NCBI GenBank assembly: GCA_028534125.1
Contig: CM052817.1
Location: 61,940,001-62,004,000 of the forward strand
DNA: 64,000 nt
Direction: 5' to 3'
Source: Lama glama
Taxonomy: Eukaryota
The notes below the pieces were generated by a model. The model was not told the origin of the DNA. It was given only the letters and a program-made list of their open reading frames with translations, and made no database searches. Below, piece by piece: positions 24,876-36,469 of the stretch; the first letter of the stretch is position 1, and every line of letters begins with the position of its first letter. A program made the position numbers and the translations under genes.

Positions 24876-25376
24876 TGTATTAGTTTCCTGTTTCTGCAGT
24901 GAGAAACGACGATGGGTTTAGTGACTTAAAGAACACACACTTGTCTCCTTACCCTAGGGGTCAGAAGTCTGACACAGGTCCCACTGGACGAAAAGCAAGG
25001 TGGTGGTAGCGCTGCCTTCCTCTCTGGAGGCTCTAGGGAAGAATTTGCTTTTTCATCTTTTCCACCTTCCAGAGCTGCCCACATTCTTTGGCTTATGGTC
25101 CCTTCCTCCCTCTTCAAAGCCAGCAATGGCACATCTCTGATCCTTCCTCATGGTCATATCTCCACTTGATCATAGCAGGAAAGGTTCCCCACTTTGAAGC
25201 ACCAAGTAATTAGATCAGACCCACTATGACTGTCCATCCAGGATAATCTCTCCATCTCAAGGTCCATACTGTTTATCACATTTGTAAAGTCTCCTTTCCC
25301 ATGTAAGGTAACATCTTCACAGGTTCTGAACATTGTGTGTAGATATCTTTGGGGAGCCATTATTCTGTCTACCGCA
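24876..25376 (-). mobile_element. MLT1 (ERVL-MaLR, MLT1C/D-like) solo LTR
   Basis: TG...CA termini, perfect 5-bp TSD acttc (24871-24875, 25377-25381), MLT1 motifs ctctggaggctctagggaagaat and cttcaaagccagcaa. Confidence 0.9.
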
Positions 25377-28300
25377 ACTTCTATTTCTTCTTCTCTCTTT
25401 CCCCTCTCTCAAAACATAAATTTGACACTGCAGGTCATTCTGAAAATATATGACAGGGTGAGGGCTAAGTCTCATGAGAAGATGATAAAGACAGGATAAA
25501 TTTAGAAACATCAAAAAGAACCCTGTCCCCAAATAGCTGACCTGCTTAAACAGCTGACCCGGCCTGCTACCAAACCTGAAACTCACCGCACAATTACATC
25601 ACCAACAGAGTTAAAGTCCTCACTAAGCCATTATCTTCAAAATCCCATTATAATCTAAATGCCCACCTATGGATAATTAACATTACTGAGTGACTGTTTT
25701 GTGCCAGGAAATTTAATAACTTCGGTCAACTTGAATCTTCTAAGGGTCTCTGATGCAGACCGAATGACTGTCTGAGGAAGCCAAGTTCAATGAGCAGGGC
25801 CACGGAGCTGAGGAGGGGCAGAACCAATGGAGTCGGCCGGCTGGACCCAAGCTTTCCTGCCGCACATTGCCTCCTTCCACACACTGGGCCGGGAAAACAC
25901 ACTTGTTGCTATTGCTGCTGTTATCTGTGTTACATGTGTGGATGTGCTTAATTCCAGAGAGCAGGATCCTGGAAGTATGAAGCACAAGTCAGGCTAGTTT
26001 TGAGGTGGTCTAAGGGAACTGAAAGACAGATACGGTCAGTGGGGCCAACCCAGTGGAGGGCCAGCCTTAGCTGTCCCAGGAGAGGCAGGCCTGACATGTT
26101 CTGAGCTCAGTAGGGTCACAGCTGGCCGTGGAGGGGCATCAGAAGGACACTGGGGAGGAAGCATCAGGTGGCAGGATGAAATAAGACTGCTAACAGGCTA
26201 CCTATAACAACAGTCTACGACTGCGGCCCAAGAAACTGAGCATCACACAATTCTCAACTAGACTTCCCACTTTCTTTCACTTTCAGTGTTTCATTCTTCT
26301 CTTATCTTTTCACACAGTATGATCTTTCATAGAGTTACCGCGCTATGTTACAGCCCGTATTAGGCATGTGAAAACTGAAGTAATCCAAAGGCGACTCTTC
26401 CCTGCCGAACGACTACATGAAGAAAGCCAGCTTACGCGGATACACACCATTTGGTTTGTATCACGTACACGTTTGTCAGAAATTCAGTTAACATCCACGC
26501 AGTGCCCATACTATATGCAAATAACTCCTCTTTAAGGTTCAGAGTTTAGTGTTAACCCCTTTATTAGGAAAGGAGAGTCTTCTAACTGTACCCCTAGGAT
26601 AGTGGGGATGAAATTACTTATGTCAGCACAGAAGCAGGTTTCTCCCTGGGTGTTTTTAAACTCACCCCAAATGTAACCTTGCTGTCTGTTAATTTCTGGT
26701 CTATTTGTATTAGGATTTAAGTCTTGGCAAACAATGAAAGGAGAATACCACTATTGCTTTAATCGCCTGAAGAGGAGGTAAAAAGAAAAGCCATGATAAC
26801 TCAGTCTTTTCAACAGAAGTGACCCCTCTATCTGAGAACAGCATTGGTTCTAAACCACTCCCCCAGCTCTTAGCATCTTTATCTCTTTACATGGACTCAG
26901 CTGGCACACAGCTCCCGCTGGTCCTCCCAGCACACGCACAAGGGAAAAACAAACCCACCTAAACGGTGCAGAAAAGAATCCCACTGTCCCCCAGCAGCCC
27001 TGACCTGCACCCCAGCAGTTGAACTGTACGCATTCGAACTCTCCATCAATGCTTCCACATTGCTAAATGCAGCTTTTAAGTTTCAGATGACCATTTTTGC
27101 TTCCAAGTGTAACAAAACTCAGGGAAACTGTCACAAAAGCTGCTGAACTCAAAGAGGTAGGTGAGGAGATGAAAGAATGCCCCGGGGTTGCTGAGACCCC
27201 CCCACACATCGGGAGATGTGGGGTCTCATTTTTTTTTTCCCAGCCACATGGACAATAAGCACATGTGATAACAAGTGGGAATTAAGGCTCCCGATATGTT
27301 CAGATTGAGGCGCTGGGCACGGCCTTTTTCTCCAGACTGTGGTTCTGACCTGAGAATGGGTGCTGTACGGGACTTCTCTCTCTGCCCTCGTCCAACATTC
27401 TGGGAGGATTTCTGCAATTAATGCCCAGGCCAGAGTGGTAACTAAGAAAATACCAAGTCCAGGGAGACCCACTTTCAGGCATCATTTGCTGGGCTGGAGG
27501 TAGAGGTGGTGGAGGAGCTGGATTAAAGTGCAAACAAGTAGAGCTCCTTCTTGTCAGAGCTCAGACTTGGTGAGAAGAGGCTGAAATAAAAGGTCTGCAG
27601 GGTGAAGAACAGCAGCGGAGGGGGTGTCCCCTGAGTGGCACCACAGGCGTCAGGTCAAAGCATGAAGGGGCTGCGGAACAATCAGGGATTTGGGGCGACG
27701 GGGAGAGAGCTGGAAGAAGAGCTGTGTGAAATCGCACCAGTCAGGAAGAGAGAAATAAAAGGGCCGTGGAGTAGCAGGAGAGCCACAGTTCAGGGCAGAT
27801 GTCTTCAGAGTATAAGAGACTCAATCAGAAATTTATGAATTTTTAGAGAAACTTAACAGCCCAGAAGCAGAAGTAGAGGGCTTGCTCAGTGGAGGTCACC
27901 TGCAACTACAGAAATTAGAAAAACCTGCTGCAGCTTTAGATGGCAAGAGATTTCAGAGTGGAAGTGAGTTCCCTATAGATACAGGTCAGTGCAAATGAAG
28001 GTTTGTGGACCAGAAGGCCAGGGAAGGTTGAAGGTCTTCCTTCAGAGCAAACCACAGCTTACACGCACCTGCATGAGAGACATGGCAGGTCAGATGGTTT
28101 CACAGGTGGGGGTCCTGGCTGGCAGAGGCCTTGGCGCAGTTCCTGACGAGGAGGAAGTGCATCTACACTGGTGGTGGATAAATGAGGATGATGTGAGGGT
28201 TACTAGGGTAGATCTGGGCAAAGGAGCTGAAGGTGACTGGTGATTCTGAATTTGGGAGGGTGATGGGAATACAGTGAGTGGGAAGAAAGACCATGAGGCA

Positions 28301-28659
28301 GGTACTGCCAGGACGGAGATTAGTGTTAAGGGGATTCTGTGCTAAGGAAATGAAATGGATAATGAATCACAGAGTAACAGAATAAAGAATAACAAAACAA
28401 AAACAGCCAGTTCAGAAGTACAGCCATGCCCCAGAAGTGGAACTTTTCCTCTTGGCTGTGTGGTTAGTCAGAGGGTGTCGTCCTCACTGCAGGGGCTGTA
28501 AGGGATGCAGGTTAGGGACAGAAAGGATGGAAGATCCAGTTGCGGTTAATGTGAGCAGGTGAAGGAATGGGGGAGAAGACGATTTGAGTATGGAGGAAAG
28601 TTTGTCACTAACAGGATTAAAGTTTCCAAAAGACCTGTGAAATTGTTTAGGATAATAGA

Positions 28660-28832
28660 GCTTGACCTTGGTTGCACAACAGAGTATCCCAGGTGGTGCT
28701 CAAACAAACAAAAAAACCAAACCCAACACCTATACTAATCAGACCAGAACCTCTGGGTGGGGACCCCTGAAAAAAGTCTTTTTTTAAAGCTCCCAAACTG
28801 ACTCCAACGTGTGCTGTGTAGAGAACTACTAT
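28660..28832 (+). mobile_element. MER5A1-like MITE (degenerate)
   Basis: ggttgcacaacagagtatccc...cagaacctctgggtgggg...ttttttaaagctccc...gagaactact. Confidence 0.55.
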
Positions 28833-30049
28833 TTGGGATTTAGGATGAGCAGAAGTGAGGAGTGGGGTGGGCCTGAAGGAACAGGAGGTAATTGGAAGGG
28901 GCGATACAAAAAGATAGTATTGATGGGTAACGGGGACCAGAGGAGCAGGGCGATGGGACAGAGACTGGTGGGAACATTTGCAGGCAAGGTGCCAAGAAGG
29001 CAGGATTTAGGTAATGGGCCTTTCTGAGTTAACCAGCCCCAAAGTTCCAATTCAAGCGTGGGCATCAGGCAGTGTTGGCGGGACAGAACTAATTGTCTCT
29101 TCGGTGTGTTGGATAGGCCGTTTAACTATAACTAGGGTTTTGGTATTTGTGTGTTATTAAAAGGCCATGAGGTACAGGAAAGCCTTATCCATTATTCATG
29201 TTTGTTTCAGGCTAAGTGCTGGATCCCCAGATGCTGAGAATTTATAAATGTCTACATGGAAAGCACTGACCATGATATAAACTGCCCTTGGGTTGTTTTT
29301 ACTTCTTAAACCTGTTCATCTATCTTTCCCGATGTTGACCATTTGCATCTCTTTTCACTAATTACCACAGTCAAAATTACTTTATTAAATTTTTTTTTGC
29401 ATGGATTTGTGTGTCTGTTGGGAAAAAAGGTCAAAGGTGCCTGAGTATAAGAACTATGTGTGTGAATACAAAGTATGTGTTAGCAGACATTTCAAATAGG
29501 ATGTAGCTCTTCTATGGTATGCTTTTTGCCATGATTTTTCTTTGAATTATTAAAAAGCCTTAATCAGACCCCATGGCTCACCTACAAATACAGTTTTCCC
29601 TAAGAAGAATTTAAGCCTAGGATGATTTCTCTCCCTGTCAGTGCCTTAGCAGTATCACATTTGCAGGAAATATAAAAGAAATAACCTTAAGCTTTACACT
29701 AGAGCTGTGTGTTCACATCATTTATTTAACATCTGAAACTCCTATAGGCTCAACCATCAAGAATCTATCCAGGGACTGACTACGTCTCATCCCTTCCAGG
29801 GACCCAACATGCAACACAGTTTTCATGACCCAGAGTACTCTCTGGATGGAAACTCCAGAAGGAAATACCTTGATCCTCAGGGAAAAAAAATCTTCCCTTG
29901 GCTTCTTTGATGTATTTTTCTCCCACTTCTCTTTCTCCTCTGGGTGCTCCTCCTTCGGTAGCTCCTTCGCTGGCTGTCCCTCCTCCCCCTGTGCAATGGC
30001 AGGGCCCCGTCCCTGTGCCTATCTAGGGTGTGGCTCTTCACGCAGCCCA

Positions 30050-30297
30050 CTTTGGGAGCGGAGAGTTCAGACTGCTGCCAGCTGCCCAAGCCTGAAGCCT
30101 GTTTTCTCCACTCAATAGCTGTGTGACCTATGACATCTTACTTAACGTCTCTGTGCCCTGGGTTGCACATCTGTAAAACAAGGACAACCATACCCTTCAG
30201 GTTGTTGTGAAGATTAAAAGAGTTAATAAAAGATATGTAGAATCTCAATCTTCCTGGCACATAGGAAATTCTCAGTAATGTTTATTATTTTTATTAG
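30050..30297 (+). mobile_element. MIR SINE
   Basis: tagctgtgtgacctatgacatcttacttaacgtctctgtgccctgggttgcacatctgtaaaac...cctggcacatagg...tttattattttta. Confidence 0.8.
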
Positions 30298-30299
30298 TA

Positions 30300-31165
30300 T
30301 TTTCACCCTCCACTCTCCCTTAATATTCTCCCCAACGACCATGAATGACAAATATCAATATTATATAATTAGTTCCTAAGTCCGTATCTCAGGATCTGCT
30401 CTGTGTTCAGAGAGCCACACCTATATCTCTAACTGTCCCTTTGGGCACTTTTGTCCCGATGTTTAATTCATACCTCTAACTCAATCTTCAAAGGCAGTGT
30501 CACCACATCCACACTCCAGAGCTACCTGCCCCTGGGTCTGCTACTGTTACTTAGAGGCAAACTGGATCTTCTGCCCCACCCATCCAGGCTGAGTCACCAG
30601 GGCCTGCAAGAGTTACTTAATGGGACCTTTCACACCTTTTCTCTTCTAACTCCTCTGTCACCACCCCAGCTCTACCACACTTATCTTAACTTGACTCATC
30701 TTTCCACTGACATCAGACTAATATTTCTAACAAACATTTCCAATCATCTCTTTCTTCTGTTTACATCTTTCCAGCAGTTCTGCATTAACACAAGAAACTG
30801 AATCTACAATCCTCTCTCTGATCATCAAGATTTATCCCAATAAAACTCCAATCTACTGTTCTAGGCCTTCTGGAAGCAACAAGCCCATAGACAGTCTGTA
30901 TTTACTGTCCCCTCTGTATTTCTTCATGCTGTTACCTTCACCCAGAAATCCTGCATTTTCCCCTCATTATCACTGGTCAAACCCTACCTTCCATCAAGAC
31001 CAGTTTCAAATGTTAGCTCCTTTTCAGATTTCCTCAAAATAATATGATGCCTCCTTCTCCTGAACTCACACAGAACCCTGCATTCATCAGGCATTTATCA
31101 CAATCTGACTTGTCTCCTTGGCATACTCCTTTTATTCTTCCTTCCAGATCATAACATCTTCAAAG
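30300..31165 (+). mobile_element. L2 LINE 3' fragments (old)
   Basis: Pyrimidine-rich sequence with L2-like motifs such as cctaccttccatcaagaccagtttcaaatgttagctcctt; boundaries approximate. Confidence 0.5.
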
Positions 31166-31683
31166 GCACTTACTCTATCCTTTAAAGCTTCAAATGGGAG
31201 AAAATGGATGGCAATAATAGCACCAGGAATTAAGCTCATTTATTCTGCAAAGCAGCAGCCTGTTGTCAAATGCTAACCCTATTCCTCACAGTCCTCATAA
31301 AAAGAATGGGAAAGCATATAATGAAGTAGCACACAAGAGGAACATACAGTGTGAGCAATTATGCCAATTCCTTTTATAGGAAGAACACAGCTGAGATAAA
31401 CAGGGGAGCAGATTATTTACCATCCACGGGTCTCATTGCCAAATTCTTCCACTTCTAAATTTTTCATTAAAAGAAATCAAGGAAGGTAAACATAAGTAGC
31501 CCTTGGGAGGAATCAGCATAATGGAAACAGCTTATTTATCAGCACGGCCTCAGAGAAATGTCTAATTTGTTTCTGTAACTGCATCGTTTGAATCCAAACA
31601 CTTGCGTCCACACACTTGGGTGCACACATATACACACATCTTCTCTAGGTGCGAGATGGGAGGGTCAGGCTGGAGCCACTTAC

Positions 31684-31917
31684 CTTTAGGGCATCCTGGG
31701 TGTCATCCAGACAGTAGACCCGGAGGCTGTACTCCAGAGAGGAGCAGCAGAGTGGCCCAAAGATGGCCAGCTTCAGGCGCTTTGCAGCTGCTTTGGTGGT
31801 GGACTGCCCAACCAGGGCGTAGGTGCCAAGGTTCTCGGAGAGGAGGTGGCAGGCCTCTGCGTCCAGTTGAATGTAGCAAGGGGTGGTGAAGTTTTCCTCT
31901 CCAACCACCACTATATC
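31684..31917 (-). CDS. UNC5C: UNC5C exon 12 (ZU5 end / UPA start): [78 protein letters not shown]
   Basis: Acceptor cacag|GAT, donor AAG|gtaagt, 234 nt. Confidence 0.97.
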
Positions 31918-32717
31918 CTGTGGAACAAGAAGGCAGGGGCCATGGCTGAGCCACTAAGGAGCTTCCTGGCCGCCATGAATGGTGGCCAACGTGGTGCGTG
32001 GCGCAGGGCCACTTCTCCTGGGTTTTGATTATTCATTTTCCTGCTCTTTTCTTCTTTCTCTGACCTTATGATACTTCTATTTCTATTCTTAATCATTCTA
32101 TCCCCTACTTTCCTTATCTTTATATCAATAATATGCTTTATTTAGAAGCTTCATTTAGCATTTTTTTTTCTTCTGAGAATCTACATTACTGGTATCTACC
32201 TAAAATTCCAAAAGAAATTCATGTTATCCATTTAACTTCAGCATATCTGAGTTGGTTATCTGTTTGAGAATTTGCTTTAATCTCTAAATTTCTAATTTAA
32301 TCCAAAAGTACTATTTTATTTCAATGTCATTATAACTAGTAGCTTTTCCCCCCTAAGAACCTAGAGGGGTTTGAAAAGAATTAGAGAAATTAAGGAATTA
32401 TACAATACCATTCTACTGTGTTCTTCCAACTTCACCCATCAATTATTTTCCAAAGCAATACACTGCTTTTCCTCAATAATATGGGCTCTTGGACTTTACA
32501 AAAAGCACAATATGGCAAATTCTGTGCCTTTAAGACATATTTTTCCCTCTGTTATTTTTCATTGTAAGCCTTTTAGATTTTTAAAACATTTAGCAAGTAA
32601 TAAGTGGAACTGATGAGTTTTGTGAAAATAGTTACTAACTTAACCAGGTTTTAATTTAACCAAATGGCTCAGGTCATAGAAGAAAACATCTGAAAGACCA
32701 AGCACAGAATCCATAAA

Positions 32718-33815
32718 CTAAAGGTCACCATTCCACATGCCTCCCAGGGCAGCCAGGTAATAGGAACGTGTGAAACAGGTTGGGCAGAAGTGATAAGGAG
32801 CGGTGGAGACTGCGGTGAAGCTGAGCACAGCCTGTTCAAAGAGCTCAGTCTCCATTGGCTTCAGCCACCGGAGCTATGCAGGAATGGGCTCTAGGCACTG
32901 TAACCACAGGCACCTTTGCTGTAGTCATTTTTGCCGCGTAACTGATTGACTGTAAGGCAAATTTTGCCGTAAAAGATAAACTAGCAAAAAATTAAAGAGG
33001 GACATCAAAAAATAATGAAACATGAAAAATGAAAACGAAGTTAAAAGGACTTTAGTATGAAATACAAAATATTTAAATGTATTTCAAGTGTGTGTTGACT
33101 CACAGCAATATTGTGCAAGTCACTGATTTTATTTTGTGGGCTGTACTTAGGCACCTGTTTTCAGTCTTTCATTTGTAGTAGTATGCATTTTTTTGCTTGT
33201 TGATTCATCTCCTCATTTTGCATTCCACTTTTCTTTTTTGCTAAAATTTCTTCTTCATCAAGAGAAGTATCAGTTTCTAAATAGTAGGATGCATATTTGT
33301 AATAGCTTTTTATTGTGTTGTGAAAGCCTGAACATTGCTGTGTGTTCTTGGTATATACATCACATATCCCTCAATGGATGCTTCAAAGTTCTATTGGAAA
33401 TGTGGGCTCAACTCTGCCCTTTCAGCCCTTGGCCTCTTTCAGATTTACGTAATATAAAAATGGGAGCACTGCATTAGTGGAGAAATGAAACCCAAACTGT
33501 CAAGCCGAACTGTCAACCAATTATTTTATCTTTTACAGCAAAATTGCCTTATGACCAATTAGTTCTGTGGCAAAAATGCTTGTGGTGAAGATGTCCACAC
33601 TAAAGGTGCTCACAGCCAAAGCACCAGATGCAGGCAGGAGGGCAGGCCCAGCGGGCATACAGCCTTTAATTTTTCAAGAAAAGTTAGAAGCTCAGGTTTT
33701 TATGTGAAATCTTTCACTTTTCATTAATTCAAATTTAAAAGAAAATTCCACGTGGGAGAAATAAAACCTGTGTGTGGGCACGATTCAGCCTGTGCATTAG
33801 GCTACTTCATCTCTG
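32718..33815 (-). mobile_element. MER102-like hAT-Charlie element split in two by a nested insertion
   Basis: The left half (32718-32886) and right half (33634-33815; ttttcaagaaaagttagaagctcaggtttttatgtgaaatct) join into a contiguous MER102-like sequence. Confidence 0.7.
32887..33633 (-). mobile_element. MULE/MuDR (Ricksha-like) DNA transposon deletion derivative with transposase C-terminal remnant
   Basis: ~100-bp TIRs built from ~15-bp subrepeats; degenerate 9-bp TSD gcaggaatg/gcaggaggg; the minus strand encodes broken FPIEL*..PRTHSNVQAF..HPTI*KLI motifs. Confidence 0.75.
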
Positions 33816-35387
33816 CAGAGGGAGCAACCATAACTACTTTGCTTCCTACATCTCAGAGGGCCTGGCTCATGAGCAAATGGTTATTTGTCAAAAGCACGAA
33901 CATTACTGTTGCATCACAAACTGAGTCCCTGGGGCTGGACCAAGCTCTGGAAGGAGCCGCCTCCGGTGGTTATTAGTCGGCCTTGCAACACCACCTGAGC
34001 TACAGTGAGGGCTGTGTTTTAATAGCACCCATGACATCACCTCTTCAACTGAACCTAAACCGGAAAATGAAGCTCACAGCGAACTGGGAAGGAGAGAAAG
34101 GAGCTCGCACCTCCAGGTTTAGTCCAGACCCAAAGGACTCCTGGAAAGAAGCCGCTTTCTCCAGCAGGGCAAGGAAGGGGAAGCCTCAAGGGTCACTTCC
34201 TGACGGCATGTTACTGAAGCCTCCTGGGAGAAATGGCTGAGAATTAAGTGGCTCCACGTTCCTACCACAAGTGTAAGGGTGTTCTCATAAGGGATTCCCT
34301 CTTCCATTCTTCTCATCTCTTCCTTTTCTTTTCCTTTCATTATTGTTATTACTCGAATCCAGAAATAGACAGGGTATTAGGGGATTGTGCAAACAATTTA
34401 GGATTACTTGAATTAAGACTTTGGGATTTTTTTTGAGATAAATCATATAAACTTAAATGGAATTGAAGTTAGATCTGGTAAAGTCTATCCCAGACTTCAG
34501 TCCTGGACTTGAGATCCTCTGGAAAGGAGTGGTCCCCTCACATGGCCGAGAGCAGGTCCACAGAGGGAGAGGACATTCCAGGTAATCTCAGGGATGCCCT
34601 GCTATGCTTCTAACTCTAACACTACTTTTTCCTAACATAGTAGGGGTTTGAATGTTCATGTACTTTTTTTCCTAAAAATTTCTTTCCTAAAAGAAAAATT
34701 TTGTAAGTAATCACAAAATACATCCAACATACAGATTGGATAATTCTCTTTGTAATGATTACACAAAATTTTTAGGTATCAGGTATAAAATCTTCATGTC
34801 AAATGTAACAAATCCTTTTGCACTTAACTTCAGGTGCCAGCTGCAGGGTTCTGATGTAAACAACAGGACCTGTTTAAGGCACTGTCCTTAAGATGTTCTG
34901 ATGGCAGCAGCTATAGAGAGCCCAGGTGCCACAGCTGTTCTTCACTGTTGTGGAGCTTAGGACACACCTTCCTGTTTTCCCAGGTTAAGTTCAGACCTGT
35001 TTTGGGTACTTGTTGGCAAGTAAATGTAACATTTCTGATCCAGGTGCAATGTTTTTCTGCTGAAAATTTAAAAAAAAATGTTTCTCCTCCTAAGATTGTA
35101 TGTCTATTCCAAAGGGACTTCTGTAAGACTCTTTAAGTGCACTTTCTCTATGAGTTAGCTAATGCTGGACCATCATTTTCTTTGTGCCTATCAGTCATTA
35201 GATAACGTACTCAGGAATCAGTGTTTGTCTCTCTCTCCCCCTCTTCCTCTTCCTCCCCATCTAATTTCGAATATAAGCTAAAATTCCTCCCATGTTTTGC
35301 TTTAAAAATAAAAGCCTTCCCATAATTGCCCTTTCTTATATGCATGGATCTCTCTTGGGTTCCATCTTTATCCCAACAGAGGCTCAC

Positions 35388-35556
35388 CTCCCACTGTCCC
35401 TGTGCTGCCTGGTTCTTGAGCTGTATCTTCCAGTCCTCAGTACTGGGATCTGCACAGTGATGCATAGTGAGGATGATAGGGCGGGTTAGTAGGGCTCCTG
35501 GAGGCCCACAGCTCACCACAGGAGTCAAGAGTGTCTGGGAGTCCTCCATGGGTGGC
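35388..35556 (-). CDS. UNC5C: UNC5C exon 11 (ZU5): (R)[56 protein letters not shown]
   Basis: Acceptor cctag|G, donor GAG|gtgagc, 169 nt, phase 2-0. Confidence 0.97.
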
Positions 35557-35664
35557 CTAGGAGGAGAGGAGAGATTGGAGTCAGTGACGGTTCCACAGTA
35601 TTTATATACGATGTACTCACTGAGATCTTAGATCTAGAGTTGTACAAATAGGTTCTTCTTAGAG

Positions 35665-35668
<4 letters not shown>

Positions 35669-35728
<60 letters not shown>
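35669..35728. repeat. Compound microsatellite (TG)23(AG)7
   Basis: Read directly from the sequence. Confidence 0.95.
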
Positions 35729-36469
35729 GAGGGTTGAGGCAGAATTAAATGGGAAGACATGCACTTTATACCAAGACTTTGATCTTGCAAGACTTGAGGT
35801 CTTTCTGATAACAGTGAATCTGCCAGCATCTCTTTGATCCCCTCCCTCAGATACAAGTCTGCCTTTGGTGATTTCCTCTGAATTCATGTACAGATACTTT
35901 CAAAATGGAATGAGATAGAACAGGGTCCTTATGAAGCTACATAACCATCTTTTTTGATAATACTTGCCAGTGGTTTCACAGAGTTTTAGATACTTTTGTG
36001 TTTTAGGACTAACTTGAAAAACACTTCAAAAATCTCACTTTAGAATAAGGACACCCTAGAGCTAAACTTCTTCCAAATGACTTTCAGGATTAATTCAGGC
36101 TAGTATAACAGATTCATTTTTTCAAGTAAAACCAAGAAAGTACATAGAACTGTGTTTCTATAGCAATGTAAAATTTCTGTACATGTATACTTCATACTCT
36201 GAGAATCTGCATGGGACTAACCTCAAAGACCCAAATTCTTTATTTTCACATTTTTTTAACTGCCTTATTCTTTCCCTAACAAGATTGTAATCAACAGGCA
36301 ACGAATAAATTAACCCAAGCTGTCAGTAGATATGTAAGGAGGCAACCCCAAGGTGTTGAGTGGATTGCCCCAAGTCTCACAACAAGAGCTCATGCTGAGA
36401 CTAAAACCAATGCCTTTGCAAAAACAATACTCAAAACAACTCTGTCAGAACAGCATGACAAGCAATCAC

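Noticed and set aside
27600..28650. Purine-rich stretch, possibly an old L2 in reverse
   Set aside because: Too diverged to assign a family or boundaries by eye.
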